Origin: the human T2T-CHM13v2.0 reference genome, Homo sapiens
Direction: 5' to 3' (one strand)
Assembly (NCBI RefSeq): GCF_009914755.1
Contig: NC_060933.1
DNA: 64,000 nucleotides
Under the pieces are notes generated by a model that saw nothing but the letters and a program-made list of their open reading frames with translations, did not search any database and was not told the DNA's origin. Of the stretch, positions 44,225 to 56,715 are shown one piece after another. A program made the translations under genes and the position numbers. Position 1 is the first letter of the stretch; each line of letters begins with the position of its first letter.

Positions 44225-44824
44225 AGACATGGTTTGGCTGTGTTCCCACCCAAAATCTCTGTCTCAGGTTCAAGAGATTCTCCTGCCTTGGCATTCCGAG
44301 TAGCTGGGACAACAGGTGCCCGCCATTGTGCCTGGCTAATTTTTGTATTTAATTTTTGTATTTTTAGTAGACACAAGGTTTTACCATGTTGGCCAGGCTG
44401 GTCTAGACCTCCTAACTTCAAGCGATCCACCTGCCTTGGCCTCCCAAAGTGCTGGGATTGCCGTGCCTGGCCTAAAATCTCATTTTGAATTGTAATCCCC
44501 ATAATCCCCACATGTTAAGGGAGAAGCCAGGTGGAGGGAATTGAACCATGGGAGCAGTTTTCCCATGCTGTTCTTATGATAGTGAGTGAGTTCTCACGAG
44601 GTCTGATGGTTTTATAAGGGGCTCTTCTCCCCTTTCCTGGGCATTTCCCCTTCCTGCCACCTTGTGAAGAAGGTGTCTTGCTTCCACTTCGACTTCTGCA
44701 GTGATTTTAAGTTTCCTGAGGCCTCCTGAGCCATGTAGAACTGTGAGTCAATTACATCTCTTTTCTTTACAAATTACCCAGTCTTGGGCAGTTCTTTATA
44801 GCAGTATGGAAATGGACTAATACA
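44225..44824 (+). mobile_element. MSTA/THE1D-like solo LTR nested in the MSTB 3' LTR
   Basis: Perfect 5-bp TSD CCCAA (44220-44224, 44825-44829); ends GGACTAATACA. Confidence 0.9.
44260..44472 (-). mobile_element. AluS (Sz-like), lacking 3' end and tail, inside the nested LTR
   Basis: Antisense Alu body flanked by AAAATCTC on both sides. Confidence 0.9.
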
Positions 44825-47800
44825 CCCAATATGGCAGTGTTGGGTAGTGAGGCCTAATGGGAGGCATTTGGGTAATATGGTGAATCCCTCATGAAGAGAT
44901 TAGTGCCCTTTACGGGAATGAGTTTTCACTCTTGCAGGAATGGAATAGTTCGTGTGACAGCAGGTTGTTATAAAGTGAGCCCAGCCTCTCTTGTATGTCT
45001 CTTTGCAGGTGCCCATTTGTCCTTCCACTCTGAGCAATCAGTTGAAGCAACACACGACCCTCACCAGATGGGCTGCCTGATCTTGGACAGCATCATTAGC
45101 CAAATAAAATTATTTTCTTTATAAATTACCCAGTTTCAGTATTATGTTATCATAACATAAAACAGGCTAAGGCACTTCTATCATCATCTTCATCTATTTA
45201 TCGCCATCATCATCATTATCTTAATATCTAATTCTAATTTTCCCAAACCTATCTTCCGCCCCCAAAGTGCATGATATCCTCACAAATTCCTCATGGAAGT
45301 AATTTATACAATAGAAATAAAGAAAAAGACTGAATTCCATATCTTGAAGGAGCTGCAAGCAAAGGATAGAAAGAGTCCCAAATGATCTACATAAGCAGAG
45401 GAAGGAGCTTAGATTCAAACCTGACCAGAAGATGATAGTAAGCACTCGGGGGCTTTGCAGAAAGTGTAGAGAAGCTATTGGACATTTTACAATTTATAAG
45501 ACAAAAATGTGTGCTATTCTAATCTAGATATTTTGGCATAGTGACCACAGAAAATAACAAAATTCCATATATATAATTCAATTTAAATTTATCTTTGAAA
45601 TAAAGCTGCCTTACTTCATACTAGATAATTTGAAATAAACTATCTGAGAGATTCACCTTAAAGATCTAGATCCAGTGAAACTTTCCCAATGAACCATTTC
45701 CAAAGCTCCTATTTCCCTTCCTCTTGGTTACAAAGTATTGAATCCTTTGTCTTGTGGTTGTGCTAATTATTGGTGATTTTACTAGAAGTTGTTTACAAAT
45801 CTTCCTTCCTCTGCAGATGTAGCCTTGCCTTTTCTCCATTGTGAGACACATGAAAGTTGTTTCACAGTGTTTGTTGAATGAATTATTTCTTTGGTATCAC
45901 CAAGGAGAGGAGTGATATCTTTTTTCTCTTTATATTCCCCAAATATATAACATAGTATCTACCATACAGAAGATGCTCTGTAAACCTTTACTATTTGGCC
46001 AGAGTAAGATATATTCAGTTCTGATAAGGTTCCTTTTAATTTCTTACTGTTCTGAGAAAACATGCAAATAAAGTAAGTATCTGTTGAGAGTGGGATTTGA
46101 AAGACGCTAAATGTTTACCTGCCACACAACTAATTTCTCAAACGCTCAGTCAATTGGTGTGATTTAAAAACAAAACCAAAAAAACATTGTGCAGTGTTGT
46201 AGCAAGATGAAATGTTTATCAGCTGCCTGACTTTGGGAAAACCACATGCATGTTATTGGTAAATTGGAAATGTGAATATTTTAGAAGATAGCTATGTGTT
46301 CAAGTCTGATAAAATATGTTCCATTGCCTAGCAGAGTTACTGGCACATGGAAAGGATGACAACAAAAGTTAATTCCTTTCTTTTTTCCTAAATTTTATAT
46401 ATAAAGCACTGTGAAGAAATTTCAGAAGTTCCCTATGAGAGTTAAACACGCTTCTAATATATTCAGTATATTCAATAACAAAGCTTGAAGAAAAACAATA
46501 TTCGCCAACTGTCACCTTCTCTAGGATACAGCTGTAAAGCGATTGAATATGAGAAGAGCAAATATTTATGGTAGAATTTTCAAGAGTCTAAAAGAAAAGT
46601 TGACTCATTGTTTAGGCCAGCAGTAGGTAAATCTTAGTTTCCAGGAGCTAGCATGTAAAAACTGTCACCGAACAAAGAGGAAGGATGGTTAAAACACAGA
46701 AAATAGATGAACAGAGAGACTAGGTAATAAAGTATCACAGACGAACTTAATACAATGCTATTAATCAGAATATCAAAGAACATAACTGCGTTTTCCTTTT
46801 GCAAGCTTTATAAACCTATCTTTCGTTTGTCTCCTTAACAACCCTTGTGCTCCAAGCAGTCATTAACTAGGTTTAATGCAAGACTTTTACAGACTCATAA
46901 GGAAGAAAAATGGAAGAACTGACTTCCTGCCTCTTTGGCACATAGAACTGCAGTTGCAATTGAAGTGAAAGGAAAAGCATGATTCTAGAGGAAAAAAAGT
47001 GCATGCCACCATTATGCCTTACATATTCTAGTCTCCACTTTAAATAACTTCCTGCCATAAGGTGGAGCTATATCCTATCAAGAGAAAAGTATTGGATATA
47101 AGTTCTGGCAAAAGTCCACTTAGATTATTTTTCACTTGGCTTCTTGTAGTTTGTGATTTTAAAAAGTTAAAATGCATGGCAGCAAATCCCAAACCCACCA
47201 CCAACTGATGTAGAAAGAGTTGTTATATTGGTGCAGCTAGGATTTTTAACGTGGCGAAAAGGTGTGTGAAAGCAAGCAGGACCTTGTTTTTTAGCTTATG
47301 CTGTAAACACAGCTTGGGGGAAACTCTTTGAAGTACTGAGATCTGAGGTGGCAGGGTTTGAAGCCCCCCTGAGGTAGTACAGAGAAACCTCAGGTATCTG
47401 ATAGTGTTTGTTCTTGAGTAAATCATCCAGAGCATCAAACAGAGTGTTGACAAACAAAACGAAAAAATATAGTGCTTTATTTAAAACACTATATTGTTGC
47501 ATATACTCATGTTAAATAGGAGCTTGCTAAAATTTATGATGCTGAATTATATTAGCTGCAAGAGAGGTTTTGCTTCTCAGTTTGTAATTGTGAGAGGTAT
47601 GGCCATGAAAACCCCCAACTGAGTTATCTGTAAAACCCTAGTATCTCCACCCAAAGGAAAAAATGATTCCCTGAAGAGTGAGAGCACTACGGGTTTCCTG
47701 ATAACACATCAAGGGTAATCGAGATAAAGGAGAATGGCTCAACAGAAGTGTGTGTTGCATGACTCCCTGGGCAGTGCTGTCTATCTGGAAATCAATTATT

Positions 47801-48234
47801 AAGGGCAAGGTATACCAGCTCATAGCTGGTTTGGGATTTCCTTAGTAGAAATTTGCATATAAACCTTTCAAACAACTAAAACCTATTGTAAAATCCAAGG
47901 ATGGGGTTGATCTTGGTGGAGAAAAACGTCTATCTAATAAGAACTAATATTGGGACATATTTGTTACACCAAAATTTATCTAATGTGCAAATCTATGTCT
48001 CACTTACTGATAACATAATTTATCAGAACATGTGCAACATAAAGAGAATTTGTAGTACATCCCTTATTACCTTCCTAGACACTCAACACACTTTTACAAA
48101 CACGGAAAGGTGTTATTACCAGAGTGCTATAAGATGGCTTGCTATTATTAGCTTCACATCTCCGGATGATAAAATCAGCACTGTTGAGGGGATGCAGAGC
48201 AAAGACAGGACAAAAGAATAGAGTCAGGACAAGT

Positions 48235-48455
48235 AATACAACTACTTCTATTTGAATATTTGTGCTAAGCATGTTACTAGATACTTTATATGCACTCTCT
48301 AATTTCATCCTCACCATAATCATGTGAAGATCATACATAACATTATAATTTTCATTTCATGGTTTTAAACACCTGCCTATGATCATACAACTACTAAGTG
48401 GTAGAACCAGGAACCCAAACTCAGGAAGTGTGATGGCAGAGTTCTCAAAACCACT
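48235..48455 (-). mobile_element. MIR SINE
   Basis: ATCATACAACTACTAAGTGGTAGAACCAGGAACCCAAACTCAGG. Confidence 0.7.
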
Positions 48456-50069
48456 GCATATCTGCTGAAGACAATTTCTCTTCTTAAACTAGTCATTCAA
48501 CCAATGTATATATGTTCCCATGTTGTTTATTAACAGGCTAGCTAGCCCTTTCTCTTCTAAAAACTTACTGGAGAAGACACCATCTCTCCTTCTATATATG
48601 AGTCATCACTGGCTCCTCATAGAACCTTGTGCATTCCAGTTACGCAAGAAACATTTCCTGAATATGTAACCCTCAGTCCAACTGGGAAACCTGTACATGC
48701 AATGAGTCACCCTGTTCATTTATATAATATCCCTCCCCTCCCATATCTTTTCTTTCTTATGTATTTTCATTTTACCCTGACAAATGCATGTTGTTTTTTT
48801 AAAAAGTATGCTTTTGTTGTTGAAACAAGGCTCTTATCCATTCCCCTAGGCATTTTGTCTTCTAACTTTGAAGATCTTTCTGCTTTCTCTACTACAAAAC
48901 ACGACTCACAAGGCTTTGCCTTTTGCCACTCCCCTGAGTCTCTGAGCTACAGCTTCACACTGTAGGGGACTGTCCATCCATCTAGAGCACCTGGGGTTTA
49001 AGGTGTAAGCAATTTGACTGTAATTGCTTCTTTCCAGCAGTTATTCCTTGAAGTAGCGAAGGGGGACATTTGGTTGGTTCTCTTTTTCTATCTACATAAA
49101 TAGGTATTGGAACCAAATCCAAAGAGCATGGCGTATTTAGAAATAAATGTTACCCCCCTTGAGGAGAGTTTTTAGCTATGCTTTTGTCTTATTCTTTTCT
49201 TGGATTATGTTTTAGCAGAACCTTAGTTCACTCTTTCCATTTCCGTTTGATCTGTTGATTCCTCTGGGGGAACTCAAACTTAGGTTTTAATACTATATTA
49301 CTTAAATAAATCACACGTTCTTTTTTTTTCTCTCATATCTCCATTTTGAATTGATGTAATACAGTATTGGACTCAACTACTATTTCTCAAGCTGTAGGTA
49401 AAAAGCATTTCAAAGATATCTTTTTATTATAAGATTTTGGTTCTCTCAAACCTCCTTACCAGTTTTTAGTAGAGGATAGCAGATATGGTTTCACAACAGA
49501 GAATGAATGGGTTTGAAAGTATATTTAGTAATTTTTTGTCTAGCTTGTGCTTCATTTCTATTTTATGCAAAGAATTACACTAGTATGGTCTTCCTTGTCA
49601 AGGGAAATGTTATGTGAGTAACAGGATATCTTCATATATACTTTAATGCAGAATTTAAAACATTTTAAAGGGTACTGAGACAAAAATTAAGTGCAATCTG
49701 TATAAAAAAGGCAGTTAGTGAGGTGGGCTATAATATTTTTCTCTTCTATGTTTATTTGCTTCACATACCCAGGTGTTCCAGCAAGTCCATTCAGGTGTCA
49801 CTTTTTTGAAGAAAACAAGAGCATGGTTTACTAACAACCTACCCTAAGATAAGGAGGTCATTCACCTTCCTTCTCATGTGTTAGCATACTATCAGAGTGT
49901 CTTTGACCCTGGAGAGAAAATAAGCCAATGCATAGAAAAGTCAGCCTGTAATAATGTACTTGCACAATGATCCAGATTGACCTGATACAGGTTAAAATCT
50001 TGACGAAGAAATTGCAAGAGTAAGAATGGCACCATCTCTCTAGTGGCTAGGGAACACTTTACTACTGTC

Positions 50070-50450
50070 TGATATGGTTTTGCTCTGTGTGCCCACCAGA
50101 ATCTCAGCTTGAATTGTCATCCCCATAATCCCCACGTGTTGAGGGAGGGACCGTATGGGAGGTTGATTGTATCATGGGGATGGTTTCCCCATGCTGTTCT
50201 CATTATAGTGAGTGAGTTCCCATGAGATCTGATGGTTTTATAAATGTTTGACAGTTCCTTCTTTACACTCTCTTCTCTCTCCTGCTGCCTTGTGAAGAAG
50301 ATGCTTGCTTCTCCTTTGCCTTCTGCCATGATTGTAATTTTCCTGAGGCTTCCCCAGCCATGTGGAACTGTGAGTCAATTAAACCTGTTTTCTTTATAAA
50401 TTACTAGTCTCATCTATTTCTTTACAGCAGTGTGAAAATGAACCAATATA
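50070..50450 (+). mobile_element. MSTA-like MaLR solo LTR
   Basis: TGATATGGTTTTG start; TSD CTGTC/CTTTC. Confidence 0.9.
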
Positions 50451-50672
50451 CTTTCCCAAAGTAAGTGTGGAATTTTGTTTATTATATATTATTTATGAGA
50501 TCATCTCATTTTAATTCAATGTCTTTCCATTGTAAAATTCATAGTTGTTGAAAAGCAGTTTCAGAGAAACTATACACACATTGATTAGAAATTAATGTTA
50601 TTCCCTTGAAAACACTGATTTCCTCTAAGGGCAAACTCTCCTGGCATGCTATCCTTACACCATCATTTTTGA

Positions 50673-50810
50673 TAGAGTGACCATTCAACTTATCATCTAA
50701 ATCAGTACACCTTTCAAAATAAAATTGGATACCATTAATAATTACATGGAGACAATAGGCACAAATTGAGACTGTTCTGGGAAAACTGGGGCATATGATT
50801 ACTACTCTTA
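50673..50810. mobile_element. MER94-like hAT-Blackjack MITE
   Basis: AGAGTGACCAT ... ATTAATAATTAC ... GACTGTTCTGGGAAAACTGGGGCATATG. Confidence 0.65.
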
Positions 50811-51899
50811 TAATACACTATGTAAAGTGACACGTAAAGTAAGTGTGTCAATTTCTAAGGTCTTGGTGACTTGAGACCCTGCCTCCTGTTACTGTGGTGG
50901 CTAAGACACAGACATCAGAAGCTGGAAATCCCATAACAAATGCAGCACATATTTTTGTTATGGTGATTTTTTTTCTTATTCTTGCAAGGATAAATGTAGT
51001 ATATTAAGGAATAGATTAAGTAGCTTATACTACTAGAGGGAATTTGGATGTAACCAGGATAGATAGGATAGAGGACTGTGTGGAAAGGGGGTAGTTCTTC
51101 ATCTAAATCCATGAGGACACCTTTCTTGACTCCTCTGAGAAGTCTACAGAGATGGGAAAAGAACACTGTCCTTGGATGATTTTGAGATCCCCTAAACAGT
51201 AGATGTCTCTGTATCCTTCGGTCTCTTCTATTCTGTAACTATGCCCTGTGTGATCCCTGGGTATTCCACTTAATTGCATGACATTTCATCCTTGTTCAGT
51301 AATTATACTTGTGCATAGTTATGAGTAAAGTGATTTTCCTATATATGCATTAAAGTTAAATTTTGCTCCTGGGGTTTAGTGCATGTGCCTTCTAGTGGCA
51401 TCAATAAGGAGCATGTGTGCTTCTTCCTGCCATGTGTGAGAGAAGAATATGGTCAATTACGATAGTGAAATTTACTAAATGTGATGATAAACACTTTTAA
51501 AAGCAGCTCAACAAATGATTATGGATTTCACACTTTTACTAATTGCTTCAATTTTTGACTGAAATAAAAATCTTCCACTTGCTTTAGTATGGTGGGATAG
51601 AGATCTCTAGAATATATTACAAATATCCTCAAAGTTTGTCTCACTGTGCATGTTACCCTTTTATTCTGGCTTCTTTATTCCTAAAAGCTGATAACTCTTT
51701 TCTTTTTTCCCATATAAAAGTTATTTGTAGAGGTAAATACATTCCTACTTTTACAGATCACTATTTATTTATATATAGTTATATCAAATGTCTTTCTGAT
51801 ATCAATAATCTCCAATTATTTCAACATAAATATTCAGATTTTAAAATTCTTTAGGATACAGTGCAGATTCGAGTTGCATTTCTTCTTCCTCATTGCTTC

Positions 51900-52140
51900 A
51901 CTTCTCTCTCAAACATGGCTGTCTTAAGGAAGCTTTCCCAGATTCATGCCCATCACCTTACATCTTGACTATGTTGGTTATTCCCTGTTACACTCTTTCA
52001 AGTTGCTGTCTACTTTTTCACTATAGAATTTTCCACATTGTGTTTTATATTTATGTTTACTTGTTTCAGTTCTGCCCAGTAGAATATAATTTTATGATGT
52101 CAAGGAGCATGTCTACTTTGCTTGCCATTTTTTCCCATTG
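51900..52140 (+). mobile_element. L2 3' fragment
   Basis: GGAAGCTTTCCCAGA ... GTTTACTTGTTTC ... TAGAATATAA. Confidence 0.5.
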
Positions 52141-52221
52141 ACTTATAAAGAACACACATATTCAAAATCTACATGAGAAGAAAAGAGGGATGAAAGGAAA
52201 GAAGAAAGGAGAGGGAGAACG

Positions 52222-52426
52222 GGCCAGTCACAGTGGCTCATGCCTAAACCCAGCAGTTTGGGAGATCGTAGCAGGAGGTTTGCTTGAACCCAGGAGTGTG
52301 AGACCAGTCTGGGCAACAAAATGAGAACCCATTTCTACAAAAATCAAAAAAATAGCTGGGTTTGGTGGTATGCATCTGTGGTCCCAGCTCTGCATGGGAG
52401 GCAGAGGCAAGGGGAATGCTTGAGCC
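52222..52426 (+). mobile_element. AluJ, 3'-truncated
   Basis: Left arm, linker and part of right arm; highly diverged. Confidence 0.85.
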
Positions 52427-52509
52427 GAGTAGATTGAGCCACAGCTTTTTCCTTGAGGTCCTTTCCAACATTTCGAATGTTAATGAATCTGTCAATAAAT
52501 GATGATTTT

Positions 52510-52516
52510 ATGTATG

Positions 52517-52556
<40 letters not shown>

Positions 52557-52563
52557 TATATAT
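52510..52563. repeat. (TA)n(CA)n microsatellite
   Basis: Read directly; lies at the tail end of the antisense L1MA. Confidence 0.9.
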
Positions 52564-52564
52564 A

Positions 52565-53325
52565 ATTTGTTTTACATTGACATATGAAATTTATGTATTT
52601 ACTGTGTACAATATGATGTTTGGAGTATATTTTATACATTGTGGAATGACTAAACCTATGCATTAGTTCACATAGTTATCATTTTGTGGTGAGAACACTA
52701 CATCCACTCTCTTAGCATTTTTCAAGAGTACAATATATGATTAACTGTAATTATCATGTTGTATGGTAGAACTCTTGAACTTATTCCTCTTGCATATCTG
52801 AAGTATATCCTTTGATCAACATCTCCCCAGGCCCCCCACCCACCGAAATCATCTCAGCTCCTGGTAGCCACCATTCAACTCTACTTCTACAAGGTCAACT
52901 TTTTTAGATTCCACATATGAGTGAGATAATGTGGTATTTGTCTTTCTGTACCTGGCTTATTTTCTTTAACATAAGGCCCTCAAGGTTCATTCTGTTGCAA
53001 ATGACAGGATTTCCTTCATTTTTTTTATGGCCAAATAGTAATCTATTGTGTATATACACCGTATTTTCTTTATCCATTCATCCATTGATGAACACTTAGT
53101 TTGATTCCAAATCTTGGCTATTGTGAATTGTGCTGTTACGAACGTGGGAGTGCAGATTTCTCTTCAACATACTGATTTCATTTCTTTTGGATGTACACCT
53201 AGTACTGGGATTATAAGATGAAATGGTAGTTTTATTTTTAATTTTTTGAGGAAGCTTCCCACATATTTACCATAATTAATTTACATTTCTACTTATAGTG
53301 TGCAAGGATTCCCTATTCTCCATAC
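52565..53325 (-). mobile_element. L1MA (MA7/8-like) 3' end
   Basis: TTTTTAGATTCCACATATGAGTGAGAT, CTTGGCTATTGTGAAT, TGTGGTGAGAACAC. Confidence 0.88.
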
Positions 53326-53735
53326 AATGATAATTTCTTTGAGAGTAAGTATGGATATTCAGCCCCAGGCCAAGGTGACAAAAACAGAATATAATTTGTT
53401 CTGAATTTTGGGGGGAAAGAAGGCCTTTATTACCTTGTTTTTATTCCCCTTTTTTACATTGTATTTTCCTGTGTTCTTAGCCTTCTTTTCTTCTATTGCT
53501 TTTCCTTCCTTCCTCTTTATTGGGTCCTTCCTGTAATTTAATTATCTTTAGTTTGTGGGTATCTGTTGCATTGGTTGATAGAAAGACAGCAATGTGAAGA
53601 CTGAGGGCTTCATAAAGCCTTAAGTATTTTGTTCAATATTGTTATAGAACCAATAAGACTTTGCTATCCTAATTGGTTCATATGTCTGTCTTGTTATTAT
53701 TCATTAAGCTATTTGAAGAAAATTGCTGTAGTATG

Positions 53736-54075
53736 TTTGTGTTGGATATTTGTCTCTATGTCACCCAAGTCCAATCTCTACTTTTTTCTGTTGTGTATTC
53801 CCAGGGGTGCCTGCTTGGGTTAAACTGATGAAAGGTACCAGTAGGGGATCATAGGTGGGGATAGAGTTAAGCTGGAATTGATTCCCTGGCTCCTGAGCGA
53901 TAGCCCGTTCCATTCAGTGCTCTCTGGGCTCCAGTAACTGCTCCTTCTTCTTGTTACTTAGTCCTAGGGTGAAGTGAAGCCCCCCGTAGTTACTAGGCAC
54001 GGGGCACTACATCATCCTTTGTTCTTTAGCCAATTTCTTCTAATTTGCCCACTTTGAATATGCTGTTTCCTGAAT
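53736..54075 (+). mobile_element. LTR33-like ERVL LTR
   Basis: TGTGTTGGATATTT start; ATTCCCTGGCTCC; GTAACTGCTCC; CCTAGGGTG. Confidence 0.6.
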
Positions 54076-55199
54076 TCATATTTTTCTCAGTGCCTAGTAC
54101 AAATTCTACATTTTTGTTGAATGAAAAATGCATTTTATCCAAAATTCTATTTTACAAATTATAATTTCTCTTGACTATTTAAGTTTCAAAAACATCAGAG
54201 ATCCAAAATCGGAAGTTAGAGCAATAGTTCCTACTGATTCTATGAAGAATGACATAATATTGGAGTCCTTACTCTAGGCAACTGGTTTTTAAATTTATAT
54301 AAATATTAGTCAGTTCCTAGACCATTTCTTAACCATGGTCTTAGAAAGAAAAGACACAACTTTTCTGAGCCAAGATTTCTTTACTTGTACTTTAAAAGAT
54401 GTAACTTACTAAATGGTTTAATGTACTGCTGGTAATATAATTAATAGTCAACATTTTCATTTTGAATTTTATTGAGATATCTTGGAAAGGATATTCAAAT
54501 AAACAAAGAAGACACAAATGGACAAATGTGAGGACTAGTACTTTTGTTTGTGGAACTTATGTATACTATTAGGTTTAATCATAATAAATGTACTTTTCAA
54601 CTCTTTTCATCTGTGAGCCATGTTTAGTTGCTAAAGAATGATTTCTTTTCTACAGAAAGCATGTGGCAGAAAGGGTTTGAAATATCTTAGTAGTTTTATG
54701 TTCTTCAGATGCTTCTACTTTGAATGCAATTTTTAACCTTTTCTGTTTATTTATTTACAAAAATCATTTGGACACTGATTTTTCTCCAGATATGCACAAC
54801 TTTTGGTGCTGCAGCCCATTAGGTACTTGGCATTTTAAAAATTTCCTACAAATGGCTAACAGATTTTTTTCCCTTTCAATTTCCCTGCTAATTTTGGAAA
54901 TTTTTAGTGTTTCATGTGTATTCAAATGTGGTATAGCATTCATTAGATTAGAAAAGAATTGTTAATGAATACATGATAATGATAGCAATTGTGTTTTCTT
55001 TCTCAAGTACTCCAACATGAAAAATGAGATTTTTTGGTGTGATTTTATAGTTTATCTGAACATATAATGTGTACAAAATTGTTCATTGAGTACTCACAGC
55101 TTTTTTTTGGTTTTATTTATAACTTGCACAGGTATTATATTTCATTATTGTAAGGAAGACAATATATCGTGTCCATTCCTTAAATAGTTTTGCTATGCC

Positions 55200-55350
55200 T
55201 CAGTTAAAATCCATGATCCACCACTTATTTCTGAGTCTCAGTTTCCTCATCACTAAAAAGTGGATAAAAATCATACTTACTAATATGGTAGTTATGAGAA
55301 TTCAAGGAATTATTGCTAGTAAAGTGTTTAAGAATATTGTCTTATATTTT
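55200..55350 (+). mobile_element. MIR fragment
   Basis: TCTGAGTCTCAGTTTCCTCATC core. Confidence 0.7.
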
Positions 55351-55495
55351 GTGCTGCAAATATGTTAGAAGTTTTTATTCTGAAATCTCATAGTATTTTT
55401 CTGTACCTTTCAAAATGCATGGGTATTTCTGCTATTTTACTTATTTTTGTAAAAACTATATCATCGGTTCGTTATTTTTGTAAATTCCTACAGGC

Positions 55496-55684
55496 TTTTT
55501 TTTTCCTTTTTAAAAATTTTTTTAATAGAGATGGAATCTCACTACGTTGCTCAGGCTGGAATGCAGTGGCTATTCACAGGTGTGATTATAGCACACTGCA
55601 GCCTCCAACTTCTGAGTTCAATCAGTCTTCCAGGCTTAGCCTCCTGCCTAACTAGGAATGTAGGTGTGCATCCATATCTTTGGC
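55496..55684 (-). mobile_element. FAM (fossil Alu monomer)
   Basis: Monomer retaining the 7SL-derived GTGGCTATTCACAGG segment absent from dimeric Alus. Confidence 0.8.
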
Positions 55685-56645
55685 AGTGTTTTATCTACCA
55701 CAACAACAATTCTTACTTTATCAGGTGTGTAATAAATATTTGCACACATACGAAGGAATGTATTTCTAATGAGTATATGTATTTTATTTTTTTACAGGAA
55801 AATCACTATCTGAAATTCTCCATTGCTTCTTTCTAAAATAAAATAATTTTATCATTTTGCTAAAAAGATGTAATACAAGCTGTAGAGCTTCAATTAGCCC
55901 TTAGAAAGCATGGCTATTTTCATGAAGTGTGAATGTTCTCTGAGAATGGAAATTTTAAGAACAGGAACTTAACTGAAAGTTAAGATTATAAAAGGGAAAC
56001 AAGAATGAAAGAGGAATCATCAAACCACAGTTCATTAAGTGTCTTCAAGATGTTACCTACTTCGTATAGACTTAGCACTCCAGGTGGAGCATGGCAAAGG
56101 AAGATTCAATTCCCAGGCTGCTCTCCCTGTGGTTAGATAAAAGAAAAAGAAAAAGGAAAAGAAGGATACAAGTTATACAACTGAGATTATATGAGAATCT
56201 TTGCACAAAGTAATAAAAAGATAAAAAGAAAACTGGACTTGCTATAGACTCGCTGTGTGGCTGTGGGGGATTGTTTCTCCCTTCTCTATACGTTGGGAGA
56301 AACGAAAACTTTTTTAAAGTGCCTCCAGACGAGATAATCTGTTAGATCTTTTACAGAGAATAAACATTAATTATTACCATTATGCTTTTTTTCATCAGAG
56401 ATAGACTGCTTTTAAATTATTTTCAGTTATTGCATAACCGTTAGACTCTGTGAACAAAAAAATAGAGGCATTTGCTAGATGTTAAAAAAAATAACAACTT
56501 AGGTTCGATTCTTTATTTGTGCATGACAAGAAACAGTGCTTATGAGCTAGAATTAAAGGACGTCACTATATATATATATTTCCATATTGTCCTGAAGAGG
56601 ATGCTTTAGAGATAAACTATTTTTAAGGAGTTTGTGAGCTTGAAA

Positions 56646-56653
56646 TATATGTG

Positions 56654-56686
<33 letters not shown>

Positions 56687-56715
56687 ATACACATGTGTGT
56701 ATATATGTATATATA
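56646..56715. repeat. Mixed (TA)n/(TG)n microsatellite
   Basis: Read directly. Confidence 0.9.

Larger units (their letters stand above)
42095..45174 (+). mobile_element. Full-length MSTB-type MaLR provirus (5' LTR 42095-42506, internal 42507-44170, 3' LTR 44171-45174 interrupted)
   Basis: Paired LTRs starting TGCT(G/A)TGGTTTG; AAACTGGTAC after the 5' LTR; GGGGCCAGAGGCAGAA before the 3' LTR. Confidence 0.88.

Noticed and set aside
47369-47393. TGAGGTAGTA (let-7 5' end) in a 7-bp stem-loop
   Set aside because: Only 10 nt match, and there is no pre-miRNA-length hairpin
50820-51460. Possible ancient LTR with a CTCF-like motif (GTGCCTTCTAGTGGCA, 51385-51400)
   Set aside because: No family recognised, and the motif has a core mismatch; a match like this is expected by chance in 64 kb
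56272-56302. Perfect 9-bp inverted repeat GTTTCTCCC / GGGAGAAAC
   Set aside because: Isolated short stem, compatible with chance; terminator logic does not apply to primate DNA
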